From Eubacteriales bacterium (lineage in GTDB: Bacteria; Bacillota; Clostridia; Oscillospirales; CAG-272): a stretch of DNA of 64,000 nucleotides. This document shows, one piece after another, positions 60,100-64,000 of the stretch. How positions within the stretch are numbered: the first letter of the stretch is position 1; each line of letters starts with the position of its first letter. The position numbers were made by a program, and so were the translations under genes. Location: positions 6,391 to 70,390 of the forward strand of contig JAZQKP010000004.1 of the NCBI GenBank assembly GCA_045542275.1. Reading direction: 5' to 3'. Under the pieces are notes generated by a model. It searched no databases. It had not been told where the DNA came from and saw nothing but the letters and a program-made list of their open reading frames with translations.

Positions 60100-60786
60100 T
60101 TAAAGCTCTTCAAGCATTTCTTCGGTTGAAAGTCTGATTTCAAGATTACCGTTTCTGCATCTTAATTCGTCAATCATTGATTTTTCGGACACACCACTCT
60201 TAAAATCTACAAGATATTTAAGCTTAAATAAGCTACCAAGGTTAGAGGTTTTTACAGATACAAGCTCATGGCGCTTTGTGTATTTATTAAGAATTTCATC
60301 AAATACCTCATCATAGCTTAAATCCTCGGGGATTGTAATAAGAAGCGCCTTTGTATTTTCCTTTACGCTTCCAATTTTAATTGCTTTAAAGGCTACTGTA
60401 ATCAGCGCAAGAAGAATTGCAAAGAGAATTGAGTAGGCAAGATATCCCATACCGCTTATAAGACCTGCACCCATTGCAATAAAGATTGTGCAGATTTCCT
60501 TTGCGCTACCGGGGGCAGAACGGAATCTTACAAGGCTGAACGCACCTGCAACCGCAACACCCGTACCGATATTACCGTTTACCATCATAATAACAGCACA
60601 AACTACGGCAGGTAAAATACATATGGTCATTAAAAAGCTTTTTGTATATCTGCTTTTGTATGTATATGCAGCAGCGATTGCCACACCTGCTATAATGGAG
60701 GCGAGAATACAGAGAAGAAAATCACCCACAGAAATTACAGCCTCACCGGGCTGACTGAAAATACCGCTGAATATTTTTTCTAACAT
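60100..60786 (-). CDS. DUF4956 membrane protein
   Basis: GNIGTGVAVAGAFSLVRFRSAPG, IPED..Y, RCRNGNL; overlaps the VTC stop. Confidence 0.85.
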   Translation of the reverse strand: MLEKIFSGIFSQPGEAVISVGDFLLCILASIIAGVAIAAAYTYKSRYTKSFLMTICILPAVVCAVIMMVNGNIGTGVAVAGAFSLVRFRSAPGSAKEICTIFIAMGAGLISGMGYLAYSILFAILLALITVAFKAIKIGSVKENTKALLITIPEDLSYDEVFDEILNKYTKRHELVSVKTSNLGSLFKLKYLVDFKSGVSEKSMIDELRCRNGNLEIRLSTEEMLEEL

Positions 60787-61493
60787 TTTATAAGCTCCTT
60801 CTTTTTGCTCTGGCACACATCAATATAGGCTGTGCCGTATTTTGAAAATGAGATTTTGTAAATTTTGTTTTCGCTTAGAAAAGAGGTAAACCAAAGGGGA
60901 AGTGCATAGGCGGTTTTAACCTCCATAACTATTATTCCGTCATCAAGTATTCGCTTGCCGAAAACCCCGCTTTCAAGAGAAAGGGAATCCTCTCGGTAGA
61001 GAATATTTCTGTCAAAGGTGATTCTGAAGGTTTCGTCGGTTTTAGAGTAAAACGCCTCACGCTCATAGGAAATTACCATGCTTGGCATAAGGTCCTTGTA
61101 ATAGGAAATAAAGTAGTCTATCTCCCTTGATATCTGATTGTCGGGTAAAGAGCTTTTGCCGGCAATATAGTCAACTGCCTCCTTCTCCTTAAGTCGAACT
61201 CGCCTTTTGTAAACCACACCCTTAAACTTCTTTTTGAGCTCAAGAAATACGGGTGTATCAGCCGTTGTTTCTCCGTAGCTGCGAAGTCTGATTTTTTCCT
61301 TATAAACAGGCTTATCAATGGAGTTTCTAATTAAAAGGTGGGAGGGAGTGTCAAAATATATGTTTCTTATAACGCTTTTTCCGTACGCATCATCAGTCAT
61401 ATATTCATAGAACATTGACTTAAGCTTGGCACATTGCTCCTCAGTAATGAGAAACTTAAGCTCATACCGCTTAAACACGGTTTGATTTTTCAT
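60780..61493 (-). CDS. VTC-domain (polyphosphate polymerase-like, TTM fold) protein
   Basis: RYELKF, YFDT, KEKIRLRSY, FLELKKK, YEREA, RITFD, MEVK, SKY. Confidence 0.88.
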   Translation of the reverse strand: MKNQTVFKRYELKFLITEEQCAKLKSMFYEYMTDDAYGKSVIRNIYFDTPSHLLIRNSIDKPVYKEKIRLRSYGETTADTPVFLELKKKFKGVVYKRRVRLKEKEAVDYIAGKSSLPDNQISREIDYFISYYKDLMPSMVISYEREAFYSKTDETFRITFDRNILYREDSLSLESGVFGKRILDDGIIVMEVKTAYALPLWFTSFLSENKIYKISFSKYGTAYIDVCQSKKKELIKC

Positions 61494-61578
61494 TTTATCC
61501 CTCCTTTTCTTAATTTTAACATAATAAACTTAAATGTGCAATAAAAATCAAAAATAATTTCGTATGTCGCCCTTTAAC

Positions 61579-61607
61579 TTGACATCTATTTTAAAAAATG
61601 GTACAAT
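61579..61607 (+). promoter_or_regulatory. sigma-A promoter
   Basis: TTGACA-17bp-TACAAT with extended TG. Confidence 0.7.
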
Positions 61608-61632
61608 AAAGAGGATAACGGAGGATATAACT

Positions 61633-62019
61633 ATGGAAGCTGGAAAAGTATTTACAATAGAAGCAAAGGTTACAGAAAATGATACCGCTAAGGTGTTTGG
61701 CAGCGGTGAGCTTGAGGTTCTTGCCACACCTAAAATGATTGCGCTTATGGAGATGGCATCCTACAAGTGTATTGCAGATGAGCTGGAGGAGGGCGCTACC
61801 ACAGTAGGCACCTACCTTGATGTTAAGCATCTTGCCGCTACCCCTGTCGGAATGGGCGTAAGGGTGGAAAGCACACTTACATCATCTGAGGGACGTAAGC
61901 TTACATTCAGCGTTAAGGCATACGATGAAAGTGGCATTATCGGTGAGGGCACACACGAAAGATTTATCGTGTACAGCGAAAAGTTTACAGCTAAAACCTA
62001 TGCAAAATTGGACAAATAA
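61633..62019 (+). CDS. hotdog thioesterase (FlK-like)
   Basis: GSG...VLATP.MIALME, TVG....V.HLAATPVG, GEGTHER. Confidence 0.88.
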   Translation: MEAGKVFTIEAKVTENDTAKVFGSGELEVLATPKMIALMEMASYKCIADELEEGATTVGTYLDVKHLAATPVGMGVRVESTLTSSEGRKLTFSVKAYDESGIIGEGTHERFIVYSEKFTAKTYAKLDK

Positions 62020-62024
62020 AAGGA

Positions 62025-62050
62025 AACGGTGCTGAAATTTCAGCACCGTT
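62025..62050. terminator. terminator hairpin between convergent genes
   Basis: AACGGTGCTGAAATTTCAGCACCGTT palindrome. Confidence 0.75.
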
Positions 62051-62055
62051 CTTAT

Positions 62056-62556
62056 TTAAAATGATTTTACATCCTTATTTTTATAGGTGGTAAATCTGAT
62101 TACATATCCGTTAGTTTCAATAGGGTCGCTAACATATACGCATTCCATATTTTCCATTTTATCAAGGTTTTCGTAAAATACCTCAGCGCTTCCGTCTGCC
62201 TCAACCTTTGTAATAAGGTATTCGTCGCAGTAGGGAAGCATGGTCTTATAGAACATAGCTCCGCCTATAACGTAAATTTCGTCAGAATCATATTTTTTAA
62301 GCTCACAAAACAGCTCATCAAGTGTGTGTACAACTGTACAATCATCACGTTCAACCTCTTTAGGTGCAAGAACAATGTTTGTTCTGTTCTTAAGAGGCTT
62401 GCTGCCGGGGAAGGAAAGCAAGGTGTTGTAACCCATACAGCAAACCTTACCCATAGTGGTTTTTCTGAAGAATGCCATATCCTCGGGAATGGAGAAAAGA
62501 AGATCGTTCTTTTTGCCGATACCCCATTTATTATCAACTGCTACAATAGTTTTCAT
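62056..62556 (-). CDS. folA: dihydrofolate reductase
   Basis: IVAVD...GIG, PEDM.FFR, PL.NR.NIVL, VIGG; overlaps thyA. Confidence 0.93.
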   Translation of the reverse strand: MKTIVAVDNKWGIGKKNDLLFSIPEDMAFFRKTTMGKVCCMGYNTLLSFPGSKPLKNRTNIVLAPKEVERDDCTVVHTLDELFCELKKYDSDEIYVIGGAMFYKTMLPYCDEYLITKVEADGSAEVFYENLDKMENMECVYVSDPIETNGYVIRFTTYKNKDVKSF

Positions 62557-63386
62557 CAGATAGCCACCTCAATCTTGTCCTCAAGCTTTGTATACTCATA
62601 GCCCTCAAGCTTGAAATCGTCTACTGTGAAATCGTAGAAATTCTTGATTTCGGGATTTATCCACACCTTAGGTGCAGGATACTGAGGATTTTTAAGAATC
62701 TTTTCAACAATGGGAACGTGTCTGTCATAAATATGTGCATCTGCAATTACGTGTACAAGCTCACCGGCCTTAAGTCCGGATACCTGTGCAAGCATCATAA
62801 GAAGAATAGCGTATTGTACAACGTTCCAGTTGTTAGCTGTAAGCACGTCGTTGCTGCGCTGATTAAGAATGCCGTTTAGTGTGTCACCCGAAACATTAAA
62901 GGTCATTGAGTATGCGCAGGGGTAAAGGTTCATTTCGGAAAGGTCCTGATGAACGTAAATATTTGTCATAATTCTTCTGGAGGCGGGGTTGTGCTTAAGG
63001 TCGTAGAGAACTCTGTCAACCTGGTCCATCATACCCTCCTTATACTTGTGCTTTACGCCAAGCTGATAGCCGTAAGCCTTACCGATAGAGCCGTTTTCGT
63101 CAGCCCAGCTATCCCAGATATGAGAATTAAGGTCATTTATATTGTTGGATTTCTTCTGCCATATCCAAAGAATTTCGTCAATAGCTGACTTAAAGGCAGT
63201 ACGGCGAAGAGTGATAATAGGAAATTCCTCCTGAAGATTGTATCTGTTTACAATGCAGAATTTCTTTACAGTATGTGCGGGAGTACCGTCCTCCCAATGG
63301 GGACGTACATTCTGGTCGGTGTCCCAATGGCCGTTATCAATTATTTCACGGCAGGTTTTAATAAACAATTCATCAGCTCTGCTCAT
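62556..63386 (-). CDS. thyA: thymidylate synthase
   Basis: IWDSWAD, IGKAYG, SRRI, LYPC, QRSND, HIYDRH. Confidence 0.96.
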   Translation of the reverse strand: MSRADELFIKTCREIIDNGHWDTDQNVRPHWEDGTPAHTVKKFCIVNRYNLQEEFPIITLRRTAFKSAIDEILWIWQKKSNNINDLNSHIWDSWADENGSIGKAYGYQLGVKHKYKEGMMDQVDRVLYDLKHNPASRRIMTNIYVHQDLSEMNLYPCAYSMTFNVSGDTLNGILNQRSNDVLTANNWNVVQYAILLMMLAQVSGLKAGELVHVIADAHIYDRHVPIVEKILKNPQYPAPKVWINPEIKNFYDFTVDDFKLEGYEYTKLEDKIEVAI

Positions 63387-63419
63387 AATAACTCCTTAGC
63401 TTATTAGCATTATCAATTA

Positions 63420-63448
63420 ATTATATCAAAATCATAAGATATTTTCAA
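63420..63448 (-). promoter_or_regulatory. sigma-A promoter of thyA-folA
   Basis: TTGAAA-17bp-TATAAT on the minus strand. Confidence 0.65.
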
Positions 63449-63555
63449 TAGAAAAAATCAAGTTTTAAAATATAAGGAAAAAATTTAGCAAAAAAGAGCA
63501 GAAAACTACGGAAAAATTACCCTAAAAAATATTTCCAAAAAATTAAAAAAAGGTA

Positions 63556-63584
63556 TTGACAAGAAAAATAAGTTATGATATAAT
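63556..63584 (+). promoter_or_regulatory. strong sigma-A promoter of the tRNA operon
   Basis: TTGACA-17bp-TATAAT with extended TG and upstream A-tracts. Confidence 0.85.
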
Positions 63585-63612
63585 AGTCAAGCATTAAGCA
63601 TGAGTTAGTTAT

Positions 63613-63688
63613 GGCGGAATAGCTCAGAGGCTAGAGCATCCGGTTCATACCCGGCAGGTCATAGGTTCAAATCCCATTTCCGCCACCA
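63613..63688 (+). tRNA. tRNA-Met (CAU), elongator type
   Basis: 76 nt, G1-C72 paired, CCGG-TTCATAC-CCGG anticodon arm, GGTTCAAATCC, CCA end. Confidence 0.93.
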
Positions 63689-63693
63689 CTCAT

Positions 63694-63768
63694 GGCCCGT
63701 TGGTCAAGCGGCTAAGACACGGCCCTTTCACGGCTGTAACATGGGTTCGATTCCCGTACGGGTCACCA
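63694..63768 (+). tRNA. tRNA-Glu (UUC)
   Basis: 75 nt GGCCCGTTGGTCAAG...CTTTCAC...GGTTCGATTCC...CACCA. Confidence 0.97.
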
Positions 63769-63814
63769 GCAAAGCGAAAAGGACACTCAAACGAGTGTCC
63801 TTTTTGTTTTGCTG
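63767..63814 (+). terminator. tRNA operon terminator within a 22-bp stem
   Basis: CAGCAAAGCGAAAAGGACACTC-aaac-GAGTGTCCTTTTTGTTTTGCTG (two G.U pairs). Confidence 0.85.
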
Positions 63815-63983
63815 ACGGTCCATACGGACCGAATCGACCCATCTTCAAAATGCAACCGCATTTTGAATTGGGTTCGCATTTTCGACCAAGACCGTTGTCT
63901 GCTTGCAAGGCAAAAGGTCGGGCGAAAATAGCTCCGCAAGGAGCCTTCCTGCTTGCTTTTGTATCGCAAAAGTACGGGTTACA
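63811..63983. repeat. structured element containing antisense and split sense copies of the tRNA-Glu 3' half
   Basis: 63811-63842 resembles the reverse complement of 63741-63770; 63869-63880 and 63972-63982 resemble the T-arm and acceptor end. Confidence 0.6.
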
Positions 63984-64000
63984 AGTATTTAACGGGGTGC

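Noticed and set aside
63690-63969. Minus-strand ORFs over tRNA-Glu and its flank
   Set aside because: Shadow translations of tRNA and hairpin sequence

Overview
Mostly core-genome window from a low-GC Firmicute (Clostridia-like codon usage, near-consensus sigma-A promoters, a T-box and a glycine riboswitch). In order it carries: an ABC-F ATPase; miaB-ylbF-mutS-mutL-tgt; a polysaccharide deacetylase; trxB; a GH36 and a GH4 alpha-galactosidase; tRNA-Pro; a glucuronide locus (GH2 beta-glucuronidase with NxK motif, GPH permease, AraC, uxuA-uxuB-eda-kdgK); DegV; a DUF11-type protein; a glycine riboswitch ahead of an amino acid symporter; a HAD phosphatase; a GH38 mannosidase; ilvE; a Leu T-box ilv-leu operon; a TrpR-like (YerC/HisR) regulated his operon; an acyltransferase-GT8-GT8-acyltransferase operon with a divergent membrane XRE regulator; VTC + DUF4956; a thioesterase; thyA-folA; tRNA-Met and tRNA-Glu. 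No integrase, transposase, CRISPR array or rRNA was recognised. The least explained signal is non-coding. Both tRNA loci are followed by hairpin-rich DNA containing extra, degenerate or split copies of tRNA 3' ends, and at tRNA-Pro such copies bracket a melA gene with atypical codon usage. The main uncharacterised protein systems are the paired acyltransferase/GT8 operon and the VTC-DUF4956 pair. All family assignments come from motif recognition by eye; no database searches were run.
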